DNA of 64,000 nucleotides from Candidatus Bathyarchaeia archaeon (GCA_049513715.1 JBEKVV010000002.1:1-64000), one strand, 5' to 3'; shown: positions 49,549-59,390, counted from the stretch's first letter. The notes: generated by a model not told the origin, from the sequence alone. Numbers and translations: made by a program.

Positions 49549-49950
49549 ATGAACAGCGATCACGAGATTCTGGAGGAATTAAGGAAGATACGTGAGGCAA
49601 TGACACCGAAGTCTCCTCCACCTCCTGCGAAGCCGAAAGGCATCTGGGCAGAGTTTATGGATTTTATTGGGAAAGCTGGCGTCATAGGGTTGGCTGTTGG
49701 CTTCATTATGGGCACGTACATTGGGAAAGTAGTTTCAGCGCTCGTTCAGGACATCATTATGCCCATTCCCGGTGCCCTGATACCTGGGGGCGATTGGAGG
49801 AAAGCGGTTGTCAGTTTGCCCATAGGCCAAGGCATGAATTTCGCAGTAGGAGACTTTGTCGGCGTGATCATTGATTTTCTGATAGTAGTAGTTGTGGTCT
49901 TCTTCATAGCCAAGTATGCTGGAAAAACCATTGAAAAAGCGAAGCCGTGA
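49549..49950 (+). CDS. mscL: Large-conductance mechanosensitive channel family protein
   Basis: EFMDFI..VIGLAVGFIMG..VSALVQDIIMP..GDF..IIDFLIV. Confidence 0.88.
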   Translation: MNSDHEILEELRKIREAMTPKSPPPPAKPKGIWAEFMDFIGKAGVIGLAVGFIMGTYIGKVVSALVQDIIMPIPGALIPGGDWRKAVVSLPIGQGMNFAVGDFVGVIIDFLIVVVVVFFIAKYAGKTIEKAKP

Positions 49951-50165
49951 AAAACGCCGGCAATAGGCGAAGGAAAGAAAAAGAAGAGATAGTCGACTCC
50001 GATTTCAAGTCTGTAAGCCAATTGCAACAGCCTTACGCCAGTCATCTTCGCCGCTCTTCTAGCGGACGCAGTCCTGACGGTTGCAGTACTTGTGAAGTCA
50101 AAATGCAGGACTCAATCAAGCCCTCTCTAACCGGGAGGCCTACAGACGATTTTGGGACCGAACTC

Positions 50166-50564
50166 CTACCATGTTCTTGTGAGACCTCTAACTTTGTCAA
50201 ATGCTCTGTCTGTGGATACAACCGACCCATCCAATTGCATGGCCTCGGCCGCAATGCCTGCGTCGAAATACTCAAGGTCTGTTTCTTCCTCGAGTCTTGA
50301 CGTCATGTAGAAAGTGGAAGGACTGAGTTTCGCGACTTTTCGGTCTATAAGGGGATAGTCTCGTAGGAGTAAGGCATATTTCTCCATTCTCTCCTCGAAT
50401 GTGAAGCCTCTACTCTTCAAAGTGATATCGAATTCGAAGAGTGCGAAGGCGCCCAAGTAAACTTCTTGTTCACCCACTAGCTGCAGATGCTTCTTAGCGC
50501 GCTCATGGTGTTTATCGTTCGAATCTGCGGTAGCGAAGAGAACAACCGTATCCAGAACGGGCAA
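50166..50564 (-). CDS. vapC: PIN-domain toxin
   Basis: VLDT, E, YFDA, VSTDRAFD. Confidence 0.88.
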   Translation of the reverse strand: MPVLDTVVLFATADSNDKHHERAKKHLQLVGEQEVYLGAFALFEFDITLKSRGFTFEERMEKYALLLRDYPLIDRKVAKLSPSTFYMTSRLEEETDLEYFDAGIAAEAMQLDGSVVSTDRAFDKVRGLTRTW

Positions 50565-50789
50565 CTAGTTTTTCCTTCGGAATATGAAGCGTGACGCTTC
50601 ATGTCGTTCTTCCTTAAACTCAAATCCTGTTAGGCTAGCCGTGAATTTGCGGTCACCTAGTGCTACTAGGATCACGCCCCCTTTGAAGGGAATAGCGACA
50701 AGTCTATCTCCCTTGTTGATGCCTGCGACTTTTCGTGTCTTCTTGTCGAGAACGACTCTACACTTGTCGTCCAGTGCGACTTCGCCCAA
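50565..50789 (-). CDS. vapB: AbrB-type antitoxin
   Basis: LDDKCRVVL.K..RK..GI..GD; abuts vapC. Confidence 0.8.
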   Translation of the reverse strand: MGEVALDDKCRVVLDKKTRKVAGINKGDRLVAIPFKGGVILVALGDRKFTASLTGFEFKEERHEASRFIFRRKN

Positions 50790-50906
50790 GCGTCATCTAG
50801 TTTAGAGGTTTGCTGTCCCACATATTAGGCATATTTCCCACCATGGTGAAGAACAATCTACATAATTGCAGATTGCAAAGAAACCGCAAGGCAAACCAAA
50901 AAGGGT

Positions 50907-51042
50907 TGGCGCCGGGGGGTGGGATTTGAACCCCCTCAGTTCCTGTGCGGGGCTGGATGAACACCCGATGTTCGTTGTCTTCGACAGCACCGTCCCTGGA
51001 CAATCAGGTTCACCTGCTAAGCTACGGCAATCACGCACTAAA
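50907..51042 (-). repeat. int(N)/att module A ending in tRNA-Ser 3' end
   Basis: TTTAGT box, TTG 51003, MSRDGAVEDNEHRVFIQPRTGTE, GGGGTTCAAATCCCACCCCCCGGCGCCA. Confidence 0.8.
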
Positions 51043-51095
51043 CTCTTAGGTTCAAATCTGCCCGACTGAGACGACAAACACGAAAACGGATGAAA

Positions 51096-54000
51096 CTAAA
51101 GCCTATGGAGTGCTGCTTCCGCTTTCTCTAGGTCTCTTTTGGCGCCAAGCTTTCTGAAGATCTCAACTGCCATCTCGAGGTGTCTTCGGGACTCGGCGGG
51201 GGATGCTTTCGCGATTGCTTCCGCATATTCAACTAAGGCTTTGGCGCGGTAGTATGGCCAACCAGCCTTCTCCCACAGGTTAAGAGATTCCAAGTATTTT
51301 TCTTCAGCAGCCTTCCGGTCGCCACGCGCGAACAGGACGAGGGCTTCAGCTTGTGATGCCATAGCTAAGCCCGCATCACTCTTCAACGTTTCAGCCAGCC
51401 GCCTAGCCCACTCAGACATTTTCCGAGTCTCCTCCCATCTCCCGCCTTTTGCGTGGAGCGAAGTTAGCTGAAGGAGGGTCTCGACGTGGAGCAAGGGTTC
51501 CGTGGTGAATTCCCAATTCCTGAACGCGTCCACGGATTTTTCGAAGTGTGTTCTGGCTTCCTGTTCTTTGCCCTGTTCCAGCCTCAGTAATCCTAAAGCT
51601 AGGTTTGTGGTCACGATGACGGTGATCTTGGGGACTTTTTCGGTCAGGTGCTCGGCTGCTTGAAGAATTTTCTCAGCCTCTCCCAAGTCTCCCATGCTCA
51701 GGGCGTACCATCCTCTCCAGGCTTCGTGTTCGACTGTGGTGATGTCGATTCCGATTCCCAGTCGCTCCATGATCGCGTCTGATTTCTGGAATTGTTCCAA
51801 AGCGCTCGCCCAGTCTCCTCGAAGCCAGTCGAGGACCGATAACCACCACAAGCCTCGTGCCTCCGAAGTCATCAGGTTTGCGCTCTTGGCTAGTTCGACG
51901 GCCTTCAGGGCAAACTCACGTGCCTTCCCTAAGTTCCTAGGGTAGGTGTAGAAGCTCAAGTTGAAGACGCAATTCCGCGCTACCAAAAGGTCTTCGTGCT
52001 GTAAAGCTAGCTCGTACGCTTGATGCCAGAGCGGCAGACCTTCATCAATTTTCCCTGTGTCAGTTAGGTAAGACCCTTGCATGCTAAGTGCGCCTGCTAC
52101 GGCTTGGGTGTTGTTCGTCTTCTTCCCCACTTCTAGAGCCTTCTCAGCCCACATGTTTGCCTCATCAAATTGATCCATGAGCCCAAGAAACCATGCCAGT
52201 GAATAGTAGGTCGAGGCTGCCTCGGAGCTATCGGGTTCGCCCTGCAGGTAATTGAGGCCACGCTTCATGACGATCGTAGCCTCTTGAGCACCCGGTTCGC
52301 TCTTCACGGTGGTGATCGCTTCGGCGATTTCCCTGCATGTTCGTGCGCATGCCTTGTTATCATGTGATTTTTCGAAGATTGAGAGCGCCTGTTCATAGGA
52401 TTGTGTACTGTTCTTGAGGTGGCCAGTGAACGCGTAGCATGCACCTAGCTTCTCTAACAAGGTTGCTGTCTCTCCTGCTTTCTCTCCTTCGAGGTCGAGG
52501 AGCTCCACTGCCCGTCTGTAGTCTTTGATCGCGGGCTCGTAAGCGTAAATTGATTTGTTCAAGTCGCCGGCAATAACTGAATACTTGATGCAGCGCTCTA
52601 TGTCGCCGCCTTCCGAGAAATGGTTCGCTATGGCTTCGGCATGCCTGTCCAACTTCTTTGAGTAGAGTTTCTCCATCGCCTCGGCAATCTTGAGGTGATA
52701 CCTAGCTCGCTTGATTTGGATCAAGTCGTCGAGCAACATCTCTCTGATCCGATTATCCGAAAATCTGAACTTGCTCTTCTCACGGGGAACTTCGACGACC
52801 AAGCCCTGAGAAATAACTGCTTCCAGCCTTTGAACCAGTTGATCTTCAGTCGCCTTCGATACTTCCAGAAGAATTTCGAAGTCAAATTCGGGGCCAATCA
52901 CGGCGGCCCAAACCAGTACACCCAGAGTGTCAGGCTCTAACTTTGACAGCCTCGACCTCAACGTAGATTTTACGCTCTCAGGAACAACAATCTCCTGAAT
53001 CGGTTTTCTGTCCCAACCTCCCTCGGTGCGGAATATGGTACCGTCCTCGACAAGTGAACGGAGCACTTCTTCTACGAAGAAGGGGTTGCCGCCGGTTGTC
53101 TTGTGAATGATATCTGTAAACTCCGTGCTTACCTGTTTTTCTCCGAAGATCCGGTCGATGAGTTCGACTGTATCCTCCTGCCTTAAACTCTTGACCGGCA
53201 AGCTCTCAAGAAGCCTATCCCTGTTGAGTTTCGCCAACATCTTATGGATTGGTGTGTCGGGCCCAGCATCTTCGGTTCGATACGTGCAGACTACCAAAAC
53301 TCGAAGGTTGCCCGTACTCCTCACGAAATACTCGAGCAGATCAAGCGACGCTTGATCAGCCCACTGCAAGTCATCGAACAGAAGAAGGAGTGGCGTTTCC
53401 TTAGAGATGGATGTTAGAAAATGGGTTATCGACTCGAAGAGCCTGATCCTGTCCTGCTGTTCGCCGAGCGGCTTAGACGGTGGAACAGTTCCAATTTTGG
53501 CCGCTATATCTGGCACTAGCCTAGCAAAATCTGAAACGTGCGTGCCCAGCATCCTACGAATTAGCTCGCCAGGAGCCTCGCCGATGTACTCGCGGCTCAC
53601 TTCGACCCACGGAGCGTATGGGATCCTATCCTCAGATCCTCTTCCCACTAAAACGGTCGCATCCCTCGACCGCGCGTACGATGCCAATTCGCGCATGAGA
53701 CGGGTTTTGCCTACGCCGGCTTCACCGTGGAGTGCTACTATGGATGATTTGTTGTTGAATGCGTCGTCGAGGGCGCCTTTGAGCTTCGAAACTTCATCCG
53801 TTCGGTTCACAAGGGGTGTTAGCCAACGAGGTTCCCGGAAGGCAACGGTAGGAATCGACGCCTCCTCGCTTGGAGCATATTCGAACATTAACTCAGTAAG
53901 CCCAAGTTCCTTTTCAGTTACGGTTATTCCTTGCATCCATTTTACGAGAAGTGATTTCTTTTCCCCTTCTTCGACGATTTCCAGATTACCGTCGAAGAGC

Positions 54001-54542
54001 CCTACAACGGCTTGGACTTCCTCGTCGGCATGCATGTGCGGATTGAAGACAGCCAGCGTCGTTATGTTCTTCGCTCGTAAGCGTTCTAGGAGCTCAGTCA
54101 ACCATTTTCGAGTTTGAAGAGCCTTATGTCGAAGCAGAACATCAGACAAGATATCCAGCACTACACGCTTAGGTTGAACCGAACTTAGTGCGTCGGTTAT
54201 CTGGAAGTTCACGTCAGTCAGATTGTCAATCCCCTTACCCGGGATCACGTTCTTGGAAGGCGGAACGGGCTTGTCGCTGCAAATAAGTGAACGCTCATAT
54301 TCCATCTCAGTCGGCACGATAGACTGGGCCGAGGATAGCGTTCGACAGATCAGCAGGCTAGATTCCTGAACGCCCTTGAGGAAATTCCGCAGCAGAACCG
54401 GAACCTCGTCGCTTGCGGCAGCGTTCAGCACAACCATAGAACCAGCAAGAAAACCGCCCTGTAGAGCCTCATCCAGCCTACCGTAACCCGTCGAAACCTT
54501 AGCCCGTAAGGTAGGACTGATCGAAGCCCCTTCGTTAGTCAA
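51096..54542 (-). CDS. Multidomain signalling protein: degenerate KaiC/RAD55 domain + STAND-like AAA ATPase + TPR repeats
   Basis: STGYGRLDEALQGG with eroded Walker A; GEAGVGKTRL, LLFDDLQWAD, TGGNPFFVEE; long TPR array. Confidence 0.88.
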   Translation of the reverse strand: MTNEGASISPTLRAKVSTGYGRLDEALQGGFLAGSMVVLNAAASDEVPVLLRNFLKGVQESSLLICRTLSSAQSIVPTEMEYERSLICSDKPVPPSKNVIPGKGIDNLTDVNFQITDALSSVQPKRVVLDILSDVLLRHKALQTRKWLTELLERLRAKNITTLAVFNPHMHADEEVQAVVGLFDGNLEIVEEGEKKSLLVKWMQGITVTEKELGLTELMFEYAPSEEASIPTVAFREPRWLTPLVNRTDEVSKLKGALDDAFNNKSSIVALHGEAGVGKTRLMRELASYARSRDATVLVGRGSEDRIPYAPWVEVSREYIGEAPGELIRRMLGTHVSDFARLVPDIAAKIGTVPPSKPLGEQQDRIRLFESITHFLTSISKETPLLLLFDDLQWADQASLDLLEYFVRSTGNLRVLVVCTYRTEDAGPDTPIHKMLAKLNRDRLLESLPVKSLRQEDTVELIDRIFGEKQVSTEFTDIIHKTTGGNPFFVEEVLRSLVEDGTIFRTEGGWDRKPIQEIVVPESVKSTLRSRLSKLEPDTLGVLVWAAVIGPEFDFEILLEVSKATEDQLVQRLEAVISQGLVVEVPREKSKFRFSDNRIREMLLDDLIQIKRARYHLKIAEAMEKLYSKKLDRHAEAIANHFSEGGDIERCIKYSVIAGDLNKSIYAYEPAIKDYRRAVELLDLEGEKAGETATLLEKLGACYAFTGHLKNSTQSYEQALSIFEKSHDNKACARTCREIAEAITTVKSEPGAQEATIVMKRGLNYLQGEPDSSEAASTYYSLAWFLGLMDQFDEANMWAEKALEVGKKTNNTQAVAGALSMQGSYLTDTGKIDEGLPLWHQAYELALQHEDLLVARNCVFNLSFYTYPRNLGKAREFALKAVELAKSANLMTSEARGLWWLSVLDWLRGDWASALEQFQKSDAIMERLGIGIDITTVEHEAWRGWYALSMGDLGEAEKILQAAEHLTEKVPKITVIVTTNLALGLLRLEQGKEQEARTHFEKSVDAFRNWEFTTEPLLHVETLLQLTSLHAKGGRWEETRKMSEWARRLAETLKSDAGLAMASQAEALVLFARGDRKAAEEKYLESLNLWEKAGWPYYRAKALVEYAEAIAKASPAESRRHLEMAVEIFRKLGAKRDLEKAEAALHRL

Positions 54543-54643
54543 ATTCCCAGACGCCTAAACCCACCTAGTCTTCAGCCCGCCCAAAATAGTTACGGTCTAT
54601 CGCAACCCAAGCTTATCTTCGTCCCACTGAGGGAGGGGAACTC

Positions 54644-54889
54644 ATGATTCTCTGTAACAAGTTCGGTTTCGTCAAAGTTAGACAAAAAGGCAGTCATATA
54701 GCACTGGAACGGGATGGAACATTCGTCACAGTACCAGTGAAGGAAATTCGGGCGGGTCTCCTAAACAGAATTCTAAGAGATTGCAACATAGGTAGAAACG
54801 ATTTTATCGAATCTTGGCAATACTTAATCGAATTAGTGGCGAACCCCAGCGCGTACGCTAAGAAAGCTGGCGCCGGGGGTGGGATTTGA
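54644..54889 (+). CDS. hicA: HicA-like mRNA interferase, orphan, possibly degenerate
   Basis: GFVKVRQKGSH..VTVP..EIRAGLLNRIL; no adjacent hicB. Confidence 0.75.
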   Translation: MILCNKFGFVKVRQKGSHIALERDGTFVTVPVKEIRAGLLNRILRDCNIGRNDFIESWQYLIELVANPSAYAKKAGAGGGI

Positions 54890-55003
54890 ACCCCCGTGGT
54901 TTTCCCTGCTTGACTGGATGAACTCCGGAAGTTTGTCAGGGCGCGAGCCGTTCTCGTCGATCAACTAAACTCACGCTTCACTAATCGCATATCCTACACT
55001 AAA
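54868..55003 (-). repeat. int(N)/att module B ending in tRNA-Ser 3' end
   Basis: TTTAGT box, TTG 54964, MIDENGSRPDKLPEFIQSSRENHGGSNPTPGA. Confidence 0.8.
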
Positions 55004-55068
55004 TGTTTAGGTCAACATCGGACAATGTTGAGGTCAAATTCCTGTGCGCCAGCTGAGCCGACGGCGAC

Positions 55069-56433
55069 TTATTTCGTGAGGCCACACTGTCTCCTGAGTT
55101 TCTCCACGAGTTCTAGGTATCGGGGGTCGGCTCTTGCCTTGGCGAGGAGTGGCGAGTACATCATCGTTGAGGGAGTTATCGTATGGGCTTCGAGAGCCTT
55201 GTTCAGGTGCTCGAAGTATGAGTCGAGGTCTCCGAGGGCATGGTAGACGTACGCCATGAAGTTGAAGCCGACAGGCCCCATCTTGGCGTCCTCAATCTTC
55301 TTGACAGCGAGCAGCGCTTTCTCTCTGTTGCCCTCCCAAGCGGCGAGCATTCCTCCCATCCAGATGATCCGAGAATTGGTGGGATCGAGCCTCTCGACCT
55401 TTGAATGGAACTCCCTAGCCTTCTCCAAGTTCCCCTTGATCAGGTAGTACTCCATCATGCCCCTGTAGGTGAACGCCGGAGCCATCTGCTCGGTTGTACC
55501 CCAAAGCTCTAGCGCCTCCTTCTCCCTCCCGACCCAGAGGTATGTCGTCCCGAGAAGCCAGATCAATCTGGGGCTGATGGGGTCCAAGCGGTAGGCAGCC
55601 TCAATCTGTTTCACCATCTCAGCCGGGTCTCCTTTTAGTCCAGCTATTTCGGACAGCAAGCGATGGGGGGTTGGGAGGCTGGGGTTGAGTTCCAGCGCCC
55701 TTCTCGCCTCCGCCTCCGAGCCCGGCACATCGTCCTCGGTGAATAACATGTTCGAAAGCGCCGCGTGAGCCTCCGCAAGGTCAGGGTCGAGGTCGATGGC
55801 ACGCGGCACTGTTGACTTCACATTTGAGAGGGAGACGTCAGCGGGCTCGTAGCCACCGTCACCAAGCAATGTGTGGCACTCTCCAATCTCTACGTACGCT
55901 CTCGCGAACTTGGGATCCAGCTCTATGGCCTTCTCGAAGAGGCCTATGGCCTGTCTGGCTGAGGCCGCGGTGGCCTCCCTTAACAGTTCCCTGCCCCGGA
56001 GAAAGTTGTTGTACGCCTCGATGTTCTCGGTAGGCTTCTTCTCCAGGGTTCTCTTCTCAGAGTCGAGGAGCTGTGTTCTGAGTTCTCCTGCGACTTTCTC
56101 CGCTATCTCGCTCTGGACGGCGAAGATGTCGTCCAAGTTCTTGTCGTAGTGGGAGGACCAAAGGTGTTCCTCGGTGGCTGCGTTGATTAACTGGACTGTG
56201 ACTCTGACCCGGTTTCCCGCTTTCCTTACGCTACCTTCTATCAGAGATCCGATATTCAGTTCCTTTCCTACCTCCGAGGCTCCCTTCTGAGAACCCTTAT
56301 ACTTCATCACCGACGTTCGAGCTATGACCTTCAGACTCTTCACTTGGGCAAGCCTGTCAATCAGCTCCTCCGTCATACCGTCTGCGAAGTATTCATCATT
56401 CGGATCGGGGCTCATGTTTTGCAGCGGCAACAC
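55069..56433 (-). CDS. TolB-N-like + TPR protein (tail of cyclase-associated type), probably 5' truncated
   Basis: RIAVLPLQNMSPDPNDEYFADGMTEELI..VIARTS..EGSVRKAGNRVRVTVQL..DIFAVQSEIA; no upstream catalytic domain. Confidence 0.85.
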   Translation of the reverse strand: MLPLQNMSPDPNDEYFADGMTEELIDRLAQVKSLKVIARTSVMKYKGSQKGASEVGKELNIGSLIEGSVRKAGNRVRVTVQLINAATEEHLWSSHYDKNLDDIFAVQSEIAEKVAGELRTQLLDSEKRTLEKKPTENIEAYNNFLRGRELLREATAASARQAIGLFEKAIELDPKFARAYVEIGECHTLLGDGGYEPADVSLSNVKSTVPRAIDLDPDLAEAHAALSNMLFTEDDVPGSEAEARRALELNPSLPTPHRLLSEIAGLKGDPAEMVKQIEAAYRLDPISPRLIWLLGTTYLWVGREKEALELWGTTEQMAPAFTYRGMMEYYLIKGNLEKAREFHSKVERLDPTNSRIIWMGGMLAAWEGNREKALLAVKKIEDAKMGPVGFNFMAYVYHALGDLDSYFEHLNKALEAHTITPSTMMYSPLLAKARADPRYLELVEKLRRQCGLTK

Positions 56434-56668
56434 GGCGATCCTATGCTTGTCAAGCGTTGCCTGAGTGTGAGAAAATGCCGGAGGAACGAAACTCTTCGAG
56501 CGAGCAGGGTCGATTGGTTGGAAGGGTCGTCACTACTCCTGGTGTGCTGCTACTTGATAGCAAACCACCAGAATATTGGTTTTCATGGATGCGGCCGAGG
56601 TTGCTGAGGGAACATAGAATTTCCCGAAGAAACTCAATGCTGCGAATGAAAATCGCGGGTTCGGTCAG

Positions 56669-56845
56669 TGGCGCCGGGGGTGGGATTTTCACCCCGTGGG
56701 TGTGTCCGAAACACCCCACGGCTGGATTTGAACCCCCCGCACTTTTTGTGCTTGGCTGGATGAACACCGGATGTTTATTGTTGGATGAGCTTTTCTCGTC
56801 GGACAATCGGTTCACGAACGAACATAGTGCATATCTTGGACTAAA
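56669..56845 (-). repeat. int(N)/att module C with 41-bp hairpin insertion in the tRNA-Ser 3' end
   Basis: TTTAGT box, TTG 56806, MSDEKSSSNNKHPVFIQPSTKSAGGSNP; GGATTT duplicated at 56683 and 56724. Confidence 0.8.
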
Positions 56846-56854
56846 CTCCTCTGG

Positions 56855-57508
56855 TCAGTCCTCGATTGCCACTACTCTTACCGGGGCGCCTGTTACTCCT
56901 TTGACTTTCAGAGGGAGAGCTATCAACTTGAACCGTGTTTTGGAAAGCGCTTGTAAGTTCACCAGTCCATTAATGTACGGTATTCCATTCCGGAGCAGAA
57001 TCTTGTCCGGAATCAATTCAGTCGGTGGAATGCGGGGGTCGCAAAACAGAGCGACGTCACCTGCGACAAGTTTCACCTTGCGTTCAACCAGCCATTGAGC
57101 AGCCTCATTGGACATATGCGGCGTATTCGACACATAATCTTCCGACCCCCAATGGCTCTCCCAACCCGTTCGAACCAGTGCAATGTCTCCCTTCCCAATA
57201 TTCGACCCTATGCGGTCGAAGTCTTCAGGGGTTAAGCAGCTCAGCGGTTTTCCTTTGTTTTTGAAATCAAGCAATTCTGCCTCTCCCATGAGCAAGTCCA
57301 GCGGTAATTCAGAGCTTCGCATAGAACCTACGAAGAAATGCGATGGTGCGTCTATATGTGTGCCAACATGATCTGCGATGACGATCTTGTATGCGTCGTA
57401 TCCAATCACCCCGATCTCAGCGATTCTCTCAATCTCAATCGGGGGAAACGGCGAACCATACGTCCAGGCCCCAACCGCAATCTCTCCTGAGAGATCAATG
57501 ATTTTCAC
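56855..57508 (-). CDS. Cyclase family (kynurenine formamidase-like) metal hydrolase
   Basis: IIDLS, HVGTHIDAPSHF, LVRTGW, LPLK..GAPVRVVA; GGAGG SD before GTG 57508. Confidence 0.9.
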   Translation of the reverse strand: MKIIDLSGEIAVGAWTYGSPFPPIEIERIAEIGVIGYDAYKIVIADHVGTHIDAPSHFFVGSMRSSELPLDLLMGEAELLDFKNKGKPLSCLTPEDFDRIGSNIGKGDIALVRTGWESHWGSEDYVSNTPHMSNEAAQWLVERKVKLVAGDVALFCDPRIPPTELIPDKILLRNGIPYINGLVNLQALSKTRFKLIALPLKVKGVTGAPVRVVAIED

Positions 57509-57721
57509 AGAGACTAACCTCCAAGCAAGAACTGCGTTCCAGCACATTAAAAGAGATTGATACTTCGACTGGAGTGGCGTTACGTTTCGCGGAGAATAAT
57601 TACGAATTACGTAACTGTTGACGCATCCAACATTAGCAATACGTAGAGTTGGGTTCCAATTTGCAAGGCAATCGAAATTGTCAAATACTAGGCCCCAAGC
57701 TGACTCCAACAGGGATTTCCG

Positions 57722-59329
57722 GTGAGCTCGGAAAGGTCTGAGGTTTTTGCGAGAAAAGCTAGCGGTCTTGTACGCCATGCGTCGTGGTTTGATGGGTTCC
57801 TGACTAGCATTGGTACTATGAACATGATTTGGATTGGTGTTTCCTTCATCTGGGCCCTGTCCCTGTTCCCTGGATCGTACTTTGACGTCTCCATAATCCT
57901 AGCCACCGTCCTATGCCTCTTCAACGCCGTTCTCTTCGCGCAGTTCTCCTCAATGATGCCTCGCTCTGGCGGAGATTATGTTTTCAACAGCCGTGGCCTG
58001 ACGCCCAGCCTCGGCTTTTCCGTGAACTTCAGCATGGTCGTCTGGAACCTGTTTTGGATCGCGTACACTTCCTGGATCTTAAGCTCCGTATACGCCTCAT
58101 CAGTCTTCACAATAATTGGCACAGTCCTGAAGTCAGACTACTGGACCGCGTTGGGTACACAGGCTGCGCAACCTCTCGTATCCTTCATAATTGGCGCCAT
58201 AGTCGTCTTGTTCATCGGCTTCATCACGTTCATGGGCCTCCGCCCGTTCTTCAATGTCATGAAAGTAGCCTTCGTCATCGGCATGATCGGAATCTTCGCA
58301 CTCATCTTCGTCTTGGCCACCTCGTCCCAACAGGCGTTCGTAAACGCCTTCAACGGATTCGTCGGTCCCGGCGCCTACGATTCGGCCATTAGCACAGCAG
58401 TCAAGAATGGTTACACGGCCGGGACGAGAAATTGGACCAACACAATCATGGCAATCGCAATCGCCTTCCAGCCACTCGGCTTCTCGGTTTGGTCATCATA
58501 CATCTCCGGCGAGATTAAGGACGCAAAACGATTCAAAACCAACGCACTCTCGATAGTTGGCAGCCTAGTCGTGATGGCAGTCTTCCTTCTGATCTTCTGG
58601 TATCTGTCCGTGGCGGTCTTCGGCTACGACTTCATGGGCGCCACAGGCTTTCTCTTCTACAACGCTCCAAGTGCATCTCCACTCTCGATTCCTCCAAGCA
58701 CGAATTTCTTCGGTTCACTCTTGGCACCAAACTTGACCTTGGATTTGCTGATTGGAATCGGTTTCCTCGCATGGGCTTTCCTCTACGCGCCGCAATCAAT
58801 GCTCATGGTTAACAGGTGCATGCTGGCTTGGACAATCGACCGACTCGCGCCGAAGAAATTCGGAGAAGTGAACTCACGCTTCCACACGCCAACATACGCA
58901 ATCCTACTATCAACCCTTCTCGCACTGGTCTTTCTAGGTGTCTTCGTTTTCACAACGGGCTGGTTCTCAATCTATGGGTTCAACGCCTTCATAGGTGGCG
59001 GAACGATCACTTTCATAGCAGTAGGAGTCGCAGGAATACTCTTCCCATACAGGAAATCCACCAAAGACATCTTCAAATCCTCCCCAGCCAACCAACGCGT
59101 ACTCGGCATCCCGGTAATGACAATCAATGGAATCGTAACGGTTCTCTTCATGAGCTTCGTAACAATCCTTTACCTCCTACCATGGAGTGGAGTCAACACC
59201 GCTCCTTCAGTCGGGTTCATCGTCTTCCTGTACATACTGGGATTCGTTTGGTACTATGCAACAAGGGCTTATCAGAAGAGAAAGGGTGTCCCGGTAGAGC
59301 TAGCCTTCAAAGAGATACCGCCGGAATAG
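57722..59329 (+). CDS. APC-family amino acid/amine permease
   Basis: FARKASGLVR, MPRSGGDYVFNSR, SGEIK, FKEIPPE. Confidence 0.92.
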   Translation: MSSERSEVFARKASGLVRHASWFDGFLTSIGTMNMIWIGVSFIWALSLFPGSYFDVSIILATVLCLFNAVLFAQFSSMMPRSGGDYVFNSRGLTPSLGFSVNFSMVVWNLFWIAYTSWILSSVYASSVFTIIGTVLKSDYWTALGTQAAQPLVSFIIGAIVVLFIGFITFMGLRPFFNVMKVAFVIGMIGIFALIFVLATSSQQAFVNAFNGFVGPGAYDSAISTAVKNGYTAGTRNWTNTIMAIAIAFQPLGFSVWSSYISGEIKDAKRFKTNALSIVGSLVVMAVFLLIFWYLSVAVFGYDFMGATGFLFYNAPSASPLSIPPSTNFFGSLLAPNLTLDLLIGIGFLAWAFLYAPQSMLMVNRCMLAWTIDRLAPKKFGEVNSRFHTPTYAILLSTLLALVFLGVFVFTTGWFSIYGFNAFIGGGTITFIAVGVAGILFPYRKSTKDIFKSSPANQRVLGIPVMTINGIVTVLFMSFVTILYLLPWSGVNTAPSVGFIVFLYILGFVWYYATRAYQKRKGVPVELAFKEIPPE

Positions 59330-59390
59330 AGCACTATTCATCTACTTCCGGCGTATTCCAGACACCTAGCCGACCCTGTGTAGCCGACAA

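Noticed and set aside
50907..56735. Functional tRNA-Ser genes
   Set aside because: Only the T-arm and acceptor 3' strand are present; no 5' half, D-arm or anticodon arm
53407..57098. Long plus-strand ORFs 53407..54117 and 56457..57098
   Set aside because: Antisense shadows of well-supported genes and repeats, with no motifs
57509..57778. N-terminal 90 aa of the 307-aa cyclase ORF
   Set aside because: Overlaps the divergent permease start and promoter; family similarity and an SD point to GTG 57508
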